A DNA stretch of 64,000 nucleotides from Verrucomicrobiota bacterium (GCA_026397965.1 JAPLTU010000071.1:39304-103303), one strand, 5' to 3'. Positions 28,136 through 37,163 are shown, counted from the stretch's first letter. A program made the numbers and translations. Notes: generated by a model from the letters alone, not told the origin.

Positions 28136-28216
28136 TGCCCAAGACCGGACTCGAACCGGTAAGCCTTTCGGCGGCAGATTTTAAGTCTGATGTGTATACC
28201 ATTCCACCACTTGGGC
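28136..28216 (-). tRNA. tRNA-Leu (anticodon UAA)
   Basis: Reverse complement GCCCAAGTGGTGGAATGGTATACACA TCAGA CTTAAAA TCTGC + long variable arm CGCCGAAAGGCTT + ACCGG TTCGAGT CCGGT CTTGGGC A. This is class II tRNA architecture. Confidence 0.85.
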
Positions 28217-28263
28217 CGACACCCGCAACGTGCCGCTGTCCGACCAAATGGCAAATGGGAAAA

Positions 28264-28611
28264 TCAGGCACCGGCTTTATCCAAGAGCGGTTGGCACAGC
28301 CGATAGGTCGCCGCAGTAATGAGGCAGGCCAAAACCAGCGCCGGCCAGAACCCCAAAGCAGCCCTTAATAAGAGCGGGAAAGCAATAAAGAGCACGAACG
28401 ATGGAATGGTATAGGCCAAGATGGACCAATTAAGCGCGATGACTTTGGCCTGATCGCCCGTGTCCACCCACGTCCAGATCATCACCAAGAGGCTCGTCAA
28501 GGGCAGCGCACAGAGCATCGCCCCCAACGATATATTTCTTTTGGCCAACTCCGAGGCGCCCGTGATCACCGCGGCCGAAAGAAAGAATTTCAGAATCAAC
28601 GGGAAGCTCAT
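28264..28611 (-). CDS. small four-helix membrane protein (DUF3147-like?)
   Basis: 115 aa with four hydrophobic segments. The family name is only a recollection. Confidence 0.4.
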   Translation of the reverse strand: MSFPLILKFFLSAAVITGASELAKRNISLGAMLCALPLTSLLVMIWTWVDTGDQAKVIALNWSILAYTIPSFVLFIAFPLLLRAALGFWPALVLACLITAATYRLCQPLLDKAGA

Positions 28612-28714
28612 GGGCCTAACTTACCCGCATCCGACAGGCCTGCAAAGCCGAAGTTAACGGGACTGGCGAGTGTCGCCTTGCGCTTCCGGTTAAAGCCGAC
28701 TTTCTTCACCTGAC

Positions 28715-29506
28715 ATGGATCGAATCGCCCAGACCTTTGCCCGCTGCAAAACCGAAGGCCGTCCGGTCTTCGTCAGTTACGTCTGCGCCGGCGATCCCGA
28801 CGCCGCCACGTCGAAACAAATCCTGCTGGCCCTCGCCCAGCACGGCGCCGACATCCTCGAAATCGGCATTCCCTTCTCCGATCCGCTCGCCGACGGGCTG
28901 ACCAATCAGTTGGCCTCACAGCGCGAGCTCGAAGCCGGCATGACTTACGATGGCTTGCTGGACATCATCCGCGCGACACGCGCCGGCACCGATAAGCCTA
29001 TCGTGCTCTATTGTTATTATAACCTGCTTTTTTCCTTCGGGGTCGAAAACTATTGTCGCAAGGTCCGCGCAGCCGGAGCCGATGGCCTGCTCGTCCTCGA
29101 CTGCCCGCCCGAAGAGGCCGGCGACCTGATTGCGGCCAGCAAGCAGCACGGCCTCGCTAATATCTTCATCGTGGCGCCGACGACGCCGCCCGCCCGCGTG
29201 GCTTTGATCGCTAAGCATGCTTCGGGTTTCATTTATTACGTCTCCCGCGCAGGCGTGACCGGCGAGCGCTCTGAACTGGCCTCCAACCTTGCCACCGCCG
29301 TCCAGGAAATTAAGAAGCACACAACGCTGCCGGTTTGCGTGGGCTTCGGCGTTTCGACTGCCGCCCATGTCCAAGCCATCGCCAAAGTCGCCGACGGCGT
29401 CGTCGTCGGCAGCGCCCTGGTGAACGTGATCGCCGCCCATAAGGATAATCGTGTTGAGGCCGCGGCCGCCGTGGGCGCCAAGGTGCGGGAGTTATTGACG
29501 AAGTAA
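28715..29506 (+). CDS. trpA: tryptophan synthase alpha chain
   Basis: FVSYVCAGDPD, ILEIGIPFSDPLADG, and YYVSRAGVTG. Confidence 0.93.
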   Translation: MDRIAQTFARCKTEGRPVFVSYVCAGDPDAATSKQILLALAQHGADILEIGIPFSDPLADGLTNQLASQRELEAGMTYDGLLDIIRATRAGTDKPIVLYCYYNLLFSFGVENYCRKVRAAGADGLLVLDCPPEEAGDLIAASKQHGLANIFIVAPTTPPARVALIAKHASGFIYYVSRAGVTGERSELASNLATAVQEIKKHTTLPVCVGFGVSTAAHVQAIAKVADGVVVGSALVNVIAAHKDNRVEAAAAVGAKVRELLTK

Positions 29507-29710
29507 ACTTCGAGGGACAGGGACAGGACTGATGAATCAGGCCATGACAGGAACGCCTGTCACCGCCCCTGTTTTGGTCCCCGGGCAATCAAAACCTGCC
29601 CCAGACCCTGCCCCTGGCCCTAGCTCTCCCGCAAATCCCTTGACCAAGGGCCGTTCATCCGCACTTTCCCAATGGTCCTAACCTTCGTTGGGGCCACCGG
29701 AACCTACCGC

Positions 29711-30652
29711 ATGGCCCAACAAGCATCCTGGACGAAAAAAGACCTCACCGGCATCGAAGAGCTATCTCGAGCCGAGATCGAATTTCTCTTCCAGCAAGCA
29801 GACGGCTTCCTCCCCTCCCTCGCCCCCGGTAAAGGACTCGACCTCATGCGCGGGCGCACGGTGGTCAATCTCTTTCTCGAACCCAGTACGCGCACCCGCA
29901 CGGCCTTTGAAATCTCGGCCAAAAAACTCGGCGCCGAAGTCGTCTCCATCAATACGACGGCCTCTTCGCTGGTCAAAGGCGAGACGCTCCGCGACACAGC
30001 CCTTAACATCCGGGCGATGGGCGTTGACGCCATCGTGATGCGACACTCCTCCGCCGGATCGGCACGCTACTTGGGCGAGGTCCTCGACATTTCAGTGATC
30101 AACGCCGGCGACGGCGCCCACGAACACCCCACGCAGGCCCTACTCGATGCCTTCACGCTCCGCCGGCACTTCGGTAAAGTCGAAGGCCTCAAGGTCACGA
30201 TCCTCGGCGACATTCTCTTCAGCCGCGTCGCGCGCTCCAATATCCTCTGCCTGTCTAAGCTCGGTGCGGAAGTCACCTTGGCCGGCCCCGCCACGCTTGT
30301 CCCCGCCGCTCTCAAGGAAGCCTACCCGCAAGTCCGCATCGTCCATGATCTAAAGGAAGCCCTGAAAGACTGCGATGCGGTGATGCTCCTGCGCATTCAG
30401 CACGAACGGCAGACAACGACCCACTTCCCTTCCCTCGGTGAATATACCTCGCAGTTCGGGCTCAATGTCGAGCGCGCGGCTTGGCTCAAGCCAACCGCCG
30501 TGGTCATGCATCCGGGGCCAATCAACCGAGGCGTGGAAGTCGAAAGCGAAGTCGCCGATGGGCCGCGCAGCCTGATCCTCGAACAAGTGCGCAATGGTGT
30601 CGCCGTGCGCATGGCGGTCCTTCACCTCTGCACCGGAGCGATTGCCCGATGA
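29711..30652 (+). CDS. pyrB: aspartate carbamoyltransferase catalytic chain
   Basis: STRTRTAFE, HPTQALLD, and MHPGPINRGVE. The start is taken at MAQQASW (the track ORF begins at 29672). Confidence 0.93.
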   Translation: MAQQASWTKKDLTGIEELSRAEIEFLFQQADGFLPSLAPGKGLDLMRGRTVVNLFLEPSTRTRTAFEISAKKLGAEVVSINTTASSLVKGETLRDTALNIRAMGVDAIVMRHSSAGSARYLGEVLDISVINAGDGAHEHPTQALLDAFTLRRHFGKVEGLKVTILGDILFSRVARSNILCLSKLGAEVTLAGPATLVPAALKEAYPQVRIVHDLKEALKDCDAVMLLRIQHERQTTTHFPSLGEYTSQFGLNVERAAWLKPTAVVMHPGPINRGVEVESEVADGPRSLILEQVRNGVAVRMAVLHLCTGAIAR

Positions 30653-31947
30653 ACCCGCCCGACCTCTCCCCCCTCTGGATCCGCGGCATCCGCGTGATCG
30701 ACCCCGCCGCCCAGCGCGACGAAGCGAAAGCTGATATTTTTATTAAAGACGGGGTCTTCGTCGAGAAACTTTCCGCCGCGGAACAAGCCCAAGCCCGCGT
30801 CATCGATGGGCAAGGGCTCGTCGCGACCCCGGGCTTCATCGACCTCAATTGTCGGCTCGGCGAACCCGGCCGCGACGCCCGCGAAAGTGTCCGCACCGGC
30901 ACGCGGGCCGCTGCGGCCGGCGGCTTCACCACCGTCGTCACGATGCCTGACTCCTTACCAGCCGCCGATAATATCGGGACCATTCAACTCTTGCGCGAAA
31001 TCTGCGCCCGCGATGCGGCCGTCCGCGTCCTGCCCGCCGGCACCTTGACCAAAGAACATGAAGGCAAGGCGCTGGCCCCTTTGGGTTCGCTTAAAAAAGC
31101 CGGCGTCGTCGCGGTCACCGACACGACCTCGGGCGTGCAGAACAACGAGATTATGCGTCGCGCCCTGGAGTATGCCGCGATGTTCGAATTGGTCGTGCTC
31201 GACCATTGCCAAGACAGCAGCATGACGGAAGGCGCGCAGATGCACGAAGGCGCTTGGTCGCTGCGCTTGGGCCTCCGGGGCTGGCCGCGCACCGCCGAAG
31301 AGATCGTGGTCTCGAGCGACTGCCTTTTGGCCGAGCTCACCAAGGCACGGATTCACCTTCAACACCTGTCCTCGGGTGGTTCGACCGAAATTGTCCGGCG
31401 CGCCAAGGCCCGCGGCCTCTCGATCACCGCCGAAGTTTCCGCCTTACACCTGCTGCTGACCGACGGATCCTTAGCCCGATACGATACGCACCTGAAACTC
31501 AATCCGCCCTTACGCGAAGAATCCGACCGGCTGGCCCTAATTGCCGCGCTCGTCGATGGTACCATCGATGCGATCTGCTCCGACCACTCGCCGTGCACGG
31601 CGACCGAGAAGGATTGCGAATTTGACCAAGCCCCCTTCGGTGCGGCCACCTTGGAAACTACTTTCTCCGCCGCTTACGAAGCCATCGTCGCTGGCGGCCA
31701 TGCGGACTTGGCCTTGCTTGTCGCCCGTCTCACTACAGGTCCAGCCCGCGTGCTCGGCTTAAAAGCTGGCACCCTGCGCACCGGAGCCGACGCCGACTTG
31801 GTCTTGATTGACCCGCAGGCCCAATGGACGGCCACGATTGCCGCTCAACAATCCAAGGGGAGAAATAATCCTTTGGCCAATCGCACGTTTGCGAGCCGAA
31901 TCCGTTCAACCTATGTCGGCGGTCGCTTAGTCGGCGGCACCGCGTAA
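30649..31947 (+). CDS. pyrC: dihydroorotase-like protein lacking the HxH metal site (PyrC'-type)
   Basis: Amidohydrolase fold (PGFIDL..., DHCQD, HLQHLSS, ICSDHSPC). Where type I dihydroorotases carry D-x-H-x-H it reads DLNCRL. ATGA overlap with the pyrB stop at 30649-30652. Confidence 0.8.
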   Translation: MNPPDLSPLWIRGIRVIDPAAQRDEAKADIFIKDGVFVEKLSAAEQAQARVIDGQGLVATPGFIDLNCRLGEPGRDARESVRTGTRAAAAGGFTTVVTMPDSLPAADNIGTIQLLREICARDAAVRVLPAGTLTKEHEGKALAPLGSLKKAGVVAVTDTTSGVQNNEIMRRALEYAAMFELVVLDHCQDSSMTEGAQMHEGAWSLRLGLRGWPRTAEEIVVSSDCLLAELTKARIHLQHLSSGGSTEIVRRAKARGLSITAEVSALHLLLTDGSLARYDTHLKLNPPLREESDRLALIAALVDGTIDAICSDHSPCTATEKDCEFDQAPFGAATLETTFSAAYEAIVAGGHADLALLVARLTTGPARVLGLKAGTLRTGADADLVLIDPQAQWTATIAAQQSKGRNNPLANRTFASRIRSTYVGGRLVGGTA

Positions 31948-31948
31948 T

Positions 31949-32872
31949 ATGCCCGCCGAGTTGCAAGCGTCTTTCGCTGGCTTCGGTCTCGCCGATTGGA
32001 TTTTTGTTGGGTGGAGCCTCGTCCTCAGCGGACTCGGACTTTACTCGTTGACGCGTGGCTACGCGCTCCCCGGTACCGATTATCCAGTACGTCTCCGCGG
32101 ACTGAGTGCCACGGCCCTGAGTTTCTTATCCCTCGGTCTTTTCTTTTTTGCGGTCTACTCCTCGGCAAGCCTCTTCACCAGCCTCTTCATTAAACCCAAC
32201 GGCGCGACCCTCGGCCATCAGATGTTAGCCCAGTTCCTCGGCCAAATGGTGGGTGTCGGCACTTTACTATTCTTAGGAAATATCACCCGAGGCACGGTGG
32301 CCTGGGCCCCCTCAGCCGTCCTCGAAGGCGAACCGCCGCCGCCCGTCTTTTCAAATTTCAAAAACGAACTGCGCTTCACCTGGGAAGCCTGCACGCTGCG
32401 TAACTGGTTGGGATCTTTCCTCTCTGTCGTTGGCTTGGCCGTTTTGGCCACCTTGGCTTGGAAAGCTTTTTATTGGTTCTGCAGCCTGCAGGGCCAAGTA
32501 CTTCCCGAAGAACCGCAGCAACTCGTGGAAACTCTGGCCAAATGGAGCGGGCCAGCCTGGCAGCTGTGGGCGATCTTTCTCGCCATCGCCATTGGTGCGC
32601 CCGTCGTCGAGGAACTGGCTTTTCGCGGGACGCTTTATAACTCTCTTAAAGGCTGGCTGCCACGCGGGTATGCCATCGTCGTGACGGGCCTACTCTTCGG
32701 CATCGTACACGGCAGCGCGGCGGCTTTCTTGCCGCTTTTCGCCTTTGGCTGCTTCCTCTGCATCGTCCGAGATCGCTTCGGCCTCTTCACCTGCATGGGC
32801 GTCCACGCGGCTTTTAATGCCCATAACTTTTTCTGGCTCTTGCTCGCGCCCACCGCTTCGACCAAATTCTAG
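31949..32872 (+). CDS. CPBP (CAAX/Abi) family intramembrane glutamic protease
   Basis: VVEELAFRG, FGIVH, and HAAFN motifs in a polytopic protein. Confidence 0.8.
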   Translation: MPAELQASFAGFGLADWIFVGWSLVLSGLGLYSLTRGYALPGTDYPVRLRGLSATALSFLSLGLFFFAVYSSASLFTSLFIKPNGATLGHQMLAQFLGQMVGVGTLLFLGNITRGTVAWAPSAVLEGEPPPPVFSNFKNELRFTWEACTLRNWLGSFLSVVGLAVLATLAWKAFYWFCSLQGQVLPEEPQQLVETLAKWSGPAWQLWAIFLAIAIGAPVVEELAFRGTLYNSLKGWLPRGYAIVVTGLLFGIVHGSAAAFLPLFAFGCFLCIVRDRFGLFTCMGVHAAFNAHNFFWLLLAPTASTKF

Positions 32873-32875
32873 ACC

Positions 32876-33838
32876 ATGGGCGCTCTGACCTCTCATGCCG
32901 CGCACAGTGTGGCGACCTTGACCGAGGAAGAAATTATCCGGCGCGTCGTCGCAGCCCTCGCGGAAGTCTGCCCCCCGTTCCCGGCCGGCCCCGGTGGTGA
33001 TTGCGCGATTTTTCCGGCCACCGGCGGAAGGCTTTATCGCGTCAGCACCGTAGACTCGGTCCTGCTTGGGCGGCATTTCAATCTTTCCTGCAGCGGTATG
33101 CGTGCCGGAGCTAAATTAGTGAACCGCAACTTGAGCGACTTGGCCGCCGCCGGAGCCAGCCCTTCCGACAGTCTCCTTTCCCTTCTCATGGGGCCCGACG
33201 TAGACGCGGCGTGGTTGATCGATTTCGCCCATGGCGCGGGGCGGGCCGCCGCCCAAGCCGGACTGACGGTGGTCGGCGGCGATGTTTGTCGTGCCGCGAC
33301 GGGTTCCTTCGCGGCGACGCTCGCCGTCCAAGGTTTCTCGCACCGCGTCCTGACCCGACGGACCAGCCAACCCGGCGATAGCCTTTTTGTCACCGGCCAA
33401 CTCGGTGGATCGATTTACGGCAAGCACCTCGACTTCAAACCGCGTCTCGCGGAAGGCGAATGGCTTTGCGGACGCGGCGAAGTCACGGCCTGCACGGATC
33501 TCTCCGACGGCCTGGCGAAAGACCTGCCCGGTCTGCTTGGCTCGCAACGCAACGCCCGCCTTGAGCTCTCAGCCTTACCCATTGCGGAAGCCGCCCTCGC
33601 CCTCTCTCGGGCCGATGGCCGCCCCGCCTTAGATCATGCCCTCCAAGATGGTGAAGATTATGAACTGCTCTTCACCGTCAGCGCGGACCGCGCGGATTTA
33701 TTAGAACGCGACTTCAGACAGGCCTTCAAGGCCACCGGCATTACCCAAGTCGGAAGTATCGAAACGGGCGAAGGGAAGGCCTATGATATCGCCAGCGGGC
33801 AACCGCTCGCGGTGCGCGGCTTCGGCCATTTCGCCTAA
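32876..33838 (+). CDS. thiL: thiamine-monophosphate kinase
   Basis: AIR-synthase-like fold with GGDCAIF, NLSDLAAAGA, GGDV, and GEDYELLFTV. Confidence 0.85.
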   Translation: MGALTSHAAHSVATLTEEEIIRRVVAALAEVCPPFPAGPGGDCAIFPATGGRLYRVSTVDSVLLGRHFNLSCSGMRAGAKLVNRNLSDLAAAGASPSDSLLSLLMGPDVDAAWLIDFAHGAGRAAAQAGLTVVGGDVCRAATGSFAATLAVQGFSHRVLTRRTSQPGDSLFVTGQLGGSIYGKHLDFKPRLAEGEWLCGRGEVTACTDLSDGLAKDLPGLLGSQRNARLELSALPIAEAALALSRADGRPALDHALQDGEDYELLFTVSADRADLLERDFRQAFKATGITQVGSIETGEGKAYDIASGQPLAVRGFGHFA

Positions 33839-33866
33839 GGAAACGAGCGGCCGCCGCCAGAGGGCG

Positions 33867-34322
33867 TCAGAGCTTAAACTGCCTGATGATGACGAAAAGC
33901 GCGAAGATCAGCGAACAGCCCGCGAACGTGACCGTGGTCGTCTCGTAAGTCGCCAACAGACGTAAAACCGTATCCAGCAAGGTAAGGCATTCGCGCGTAT
34001 CGGTCTCGGCCTGGTTGAGCGAGGCCGTCGCATTCTGGTCCGCTTCTTCGACTTTCTTATTGTCGGATTTCAGGGTATCTCCCGGTCCGATGAGGACCGT
34101 CATCGTGGCCGTGGACTTCATGGCCTTTTTATAGGCCTCGACGGAGCTTTGGATGCCGGCGGTGGCATTGCGTACTTTCTCGGTGGTATCTTTAAGTTCA
34201 TGGCTGAACCAAAGACCCGCGAGGGAAACCAGCAAGGTCACCACGACCATGCCGACGATGCCGACTTCTGCTTGAACGAGGCCACCCTTGAGGGGACGGC
34301 GCGATGATCGTATTTTGCTCAT
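33867..34322 (-). CDS. membrane protein with N- and C-terminal TM helices and a polar central region
   Basis: MSKIRSSRRPLKGGLVQAEVGIVGMVVVTLLVSLAGLWF ... TFAGCSLIFALFVIIRQFKL. The start is taken at the ATG at 34322 (the track ORF begins at a GTG at 34358). Confidence 0.5.
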   Translation of the reverse strand: MSKIRSSRRPLKGGLVQAEVGIVGMVVVTLLVSLAGLWFSHELKDTTEKVRNATAGIQSSVEAYKKAMKSTATMTVLIGPGDTLKSDNKKVEEADQNATASLNQAETDTRECLTLLDTVLRLLATYETTTVTFAGCSLIFALFVIIRQFKL

Positions 34323-34347
34323 AGTATTGATAATTTGGGTATGAAAA

Positions 34348-34842
34348 TTAGGTCGCACGCGGACGGCGACGCGGGCGGACGGTAGGCAGCACGGTAGCCG
34401 CAGGCTTCTTCTTGGGGGTGGAACGCTTCCGACCCGACGAGCGTTTTCGGCGGGAGGGCTTACGCCGGGCTTGCTTATTCATCCCTAACTTCTGCTGGAT
34501 GGTGAAGGTCATCCAGTCCACAAGCTCGGGCGAAAGCGCCCCCGTGAGACCTTGGATGATGGCCTTGTTGATGGCCGAGAGCTCCCACTGGAAAGTGACA
34601 AAAAAAGCGATGATCGAGAAGATCGCGGCCGCCAAGATATGCTTGAGCGAACGCACCCAGTGCGTCGTCGCCGCCTCATCGATGAGCAGCCGGCCGACCA
34701 TCGCCGCTGCGCCGATCAACGAGACAATCCAGCCTCCATGACGGAACGCAAGAATCGCGGCCGCGAAATTATTTGCGGCGTTTGGCCCCTTGCCTGCCTT
34801 AATCGCCAAGACCGAAGCCTGGGCAAAACAATCCATCAACAT
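34348..34842 (-). CDS. three-TM holin-like membrane protein with a very basic C-terminal tail
   Basis: The TM pattern and spacing resemble lambda-S-type (superfamily III) holins as I recall them. The tail is KQARRKPSRRKRSSGRKRSTPKKKPAATVLPTVRPRRRPRAT. Confidence 0.4.
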   Translation of the reverse strand: MLMDCFAQASVLAIKAGKGPNAANNFAAAILAFRHGGWIVSLIGAAAMVGRLLIDEAATTHWVRSLKHILAAAIFSIIAFFVTFQWELSAINKAIIQGLTGALSPELVDWMTFTIQQKLGMNKQARRKPSRRKRSSGRKRSTPKKKPAATVLPTVRPRRRPRAT

Positions 34843-34997
34843 CGGCCGACCCCTTCATTTTTACCCCGTGGCGACAGGGACCGGCGAAAGCATGGACGAG
34901 AAAGGGGCACGGGGAAGGGACGTAGGTTAAGCCGGACCTGTCTAGTAACTAAAATAAGAGAAGCCGCGGACCGAACTCAATCACCAACCGAAGCCGC

Positions 34998-35480
34998 TCA
35001 GAAGGCCTTTTTTCGGGCCGGGCGCCCTTCGTCGACTTCGATATAATCGAACATCGTCTCGATTCCGGCCTCCTCGGTAAGGCCGTTTTCCTTCAGCCGG
35101 CGGACGAGCACCTCGTTCGCCTCATCGCGCCAGCCGCGCTTCGTCATAAAACCGTTCCAGATTTCGATGTCATTAGGCGAAAGCTTTCGGCCTCTGGCCT
35201 CGGCCCAGACGCAGACTTGCTCATCCGTCACTTCCGGCTGACCGAGGACCCATGCGCACAACTCGTCATACTTAATCCCTAAATATTGGCAGCATCGGTC
35301 ATCGAAAGCTTTGCCGAGATTATTGACGAAATCCGCGTGCAATTGACCGCGGGCATGCAGGCGCAGCTTGTCGACCAAGCGAGGTAGGTAAACCATACCG
35401 CGAACGGTTTCATAAGGGCCACGGAGTCCAGGAACAATCGGCATGCCTGTGAAAGAAAGCCGACCAGGGGCGGTTGGCAA
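34998..35480 (-). CDS. DUF5069 domain protein
   Basis: VYLPRLVDKLRLHARGQL, DDRCCQYLGI, and EIWNGFMTKRGWRD match my recollection of DUF5069. Confidence 0.65.
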   Translation of the reverse strand: MPTAPGRLSFTGMPIVPGLRGPYETVRGMVYLPRLVDKLRLHARGQLHADFVNNLGKAFDDRCCQYLGIKYDELCAWVLGQPEVTDEQVCVWAEARGRKLSPNDIEIWNGFMTKRGWRDEANEVLVRRLKENGLTEEAGIETMFDYIEVDEGRPARKKAF

Positions 35481-35560
35481 GAGGACAGGCTGACGATGTG
35501 TCCGCTTGCCCTCCCTCGGGCGTGCTTCATTAATTTCCTACCCCACCCCGTCTCCCACCC

Positions 35561-36277
35561 ATGCGCCCTATTCTCTGGCTCGTCCTTCTTTGCACCGTCG
35601 TTAGTCATGCCGCCAAGGACGCTCCGGCGGCCAGGGCCGCGAGCGATAGCCCGACCCGCTTCGACAAAGATATCTTAGCCTTCGAAGCCCTGGACAAAGC
35701 CAATCCGCCGCCGCAACACGGACTCTTGCTGACCGGCGCAAGCACCTTCCGCCGCTGGACCGATGCCTTAGAAGTCTTCAAGGCCTACCCGACAATCAAC
35801 CGCGGCTTTGGCAGTTCAAAGACCACCGATGTCCTCCATTACATGGACCGGATTACCCTACCCTATCACCCCCGGGTCATCGCTTACCACTGCGGCAGCA
35901 ACGATTTGAATTACGATAAAGCCACGGCGGCGGAGGTGGCCGGACGCATCCGCACCTACTGGAGTCGAGTCCGCGCCGAGAACCCGGACTGCGTGATGAT
36001 TTTACTTTCGATCACGCGTGCGCCGTCACGGCGAGCCTTCTGGAATGAGATGAAAAAGACGGATGCGGAATTCCAAAAAATCGCCCAGACCGAAAAGGGA
36101 GTTACCTGCTTGGATATTAATCCGGCCCTCAATCTGCCCGACGGCGAACCGCGCGAAGGTGCCTACGTCAAAGATAACCTGCACCCGAGCGAACAAGGCT
36201 ACAAGGCCATCGCAAAATTACTGCTGCCCGCCGTCGCTCAAGCTTGGCAACAGACCGCGCCTTCTTTCTCTAAATAA
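35561..36277 (+). CDS. secreted SGNH/GDSL-family esterase, tandem paralog 1
   Basis: Signal peptide, block I LLLTGASTFRRW, block II NRGFGSS, block III HCGSNDL, block V DNLHPSEQGY. Confidence 0.8.
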   Translation: MRPILWLVLLCTVVSHAAKDAPAARAASDSPTRFDKDILAFEALDKANPPPQHGLLLTGASTFRRWTDALEVFKAYPTINRGFGSSKTTDVLHYMDRITLPYHPRVIAYHCGSNDLNYDKATAAEVAGRIRTYWSRVRAENPDCVMILLSITRAPSRRAFWNEMKKTDAEFQKIAQTEKGVTCLDINPALNLPDGEPREGAYVKDNLHPSEQGYKAIAKLLLPAVAQAWQQTAPSFSK

Positions 36278-36287
36278 CTCTTATCCC

Positions 36288-37004
36288 ATGCGCCCCTCTC
36301 TCTGGTTCTCGTGCTTACTCGCCCTCACCGCGCACGCAGCTGCCGAGACCAAACCTCATATCCCGCTCGCCCAGCAGCCGCTGCGCATGGCCAAGGATAT
36401 CGCCGCCTTCGAAGCCGCCGATAAGGCTAATCCGCCGCCCCAACATGCCCTGCTCTTCAGCGGTGCTAGCACGCTACGTATGTGGAAGAACGTCGGCGAG
36501 GAGATGAAGCCCTACCCGGTGATCAACCGCGGCTTCGGTGGTTCCTTTACGACCGAGGTCCTCGGCTACATGGATCGCATCACGCTGCCCTATCACCCGC
36601 GCGTGGTCGTCTTCCAGTGCGGCGGCAACGACATCAATTCCGGCGACCCGGTCGAAGCACCCATCGCCCGTATCCGCGAATACCTCGCCCGCCTACGCAA
36701 GGAGAACCCGGACTGCGCCGTGGTCTTCGTGGCCACCACCCGGGCTCCTTCCCGTAAACCCAAGTGGGACCTCTTGGACGAGTTTAACCGCCAGCTCGAG
36801 CAGATCGTGCAGGAAGGAAAGAATCTTTGGTACTTGGACATCAACACCGCCCTTAACCTACCGAACGGCGAAGGTAAGCCTGGGCACTACTTGAAGGACA
36901 ATCTCCATCCCGATATGGACGGTTATAAATCCATCGCCGGAGTCCTGAAGCCTGCCGTCGATGCCGCCTGGAAGGCGACGGAAGCAGCGTATGCCGGGAA
37001 ATAA
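36288..37004 (+). CDS. secreted SGNH/GDSL-family esterase, tandem paralog 2
   Basis: It has the same length (238 aa) and the same blocks (LLFSGASTLRMW, NRGFGGS, QCGGNDI, DNLHPDMDGY). The start is taken at the ATG at 36288 (MRPSLWF...), not the out-of-context 36063. Confidence 0.8.
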   Translation: MRPSLWFSCLLALTAHAAAETKPHIPLAQQPLRMAKDIAAFEAADKANPPPQHALLFSGASTLRMWKNVGEEMKPYPVINRGFGGSFTTEVLGYMDRITLPYHPRVVVFQCGGNDINSGDPVEAPIARIREYLARLRKENPDCAVVFVATTRAPSRKPKWDLLDEFNRQLEQIVQEGKNLWYLDINTALNLPNGEGKPGHYLKDNLHPDMDGYKSIAGVLKPAVDAAWKATEAAYAGK

Positions 37005-37018
37005 GGTGTCAGCGCCCG

Positions 37019-37074
37019 GGTAGGGTTGAGCGCCCTCGCTCAACCGCGGCTGACCAAGGGTGGTCAGCCCTACC
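37019..37074. repeat. double-hairpin repeat (family B), copy 2
   Basis: GGTAGGGTTGAGCGCCCTCGCTCAACCGCGGCTGACCAAGGGTGGTCAGCCCTACC. It lies 14 nt after the stop of the second SGNH gene. Confidence 0.8.
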
Positions 37075-37163
37075 TATCCGAGGCAGGTCGGCCTAAGACG
37101 GAATTTTTACCCCTACTCCATCCTCGATACTCGCCCATGAGTCGTTGATGCTCTGGCCAATCG

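Noticed and set aside
30481-30648. Upstream extension of the dihydroorotase-like ORF, and similarly 36063-36287 for the second SGNH gene
   Set aside because: The extensions lie inside the preceding genes in another frame and are Arg/Pro-rich. Internal ATGs give conserved N-termini (an ATGA coupling and a signal peptide, respectively).
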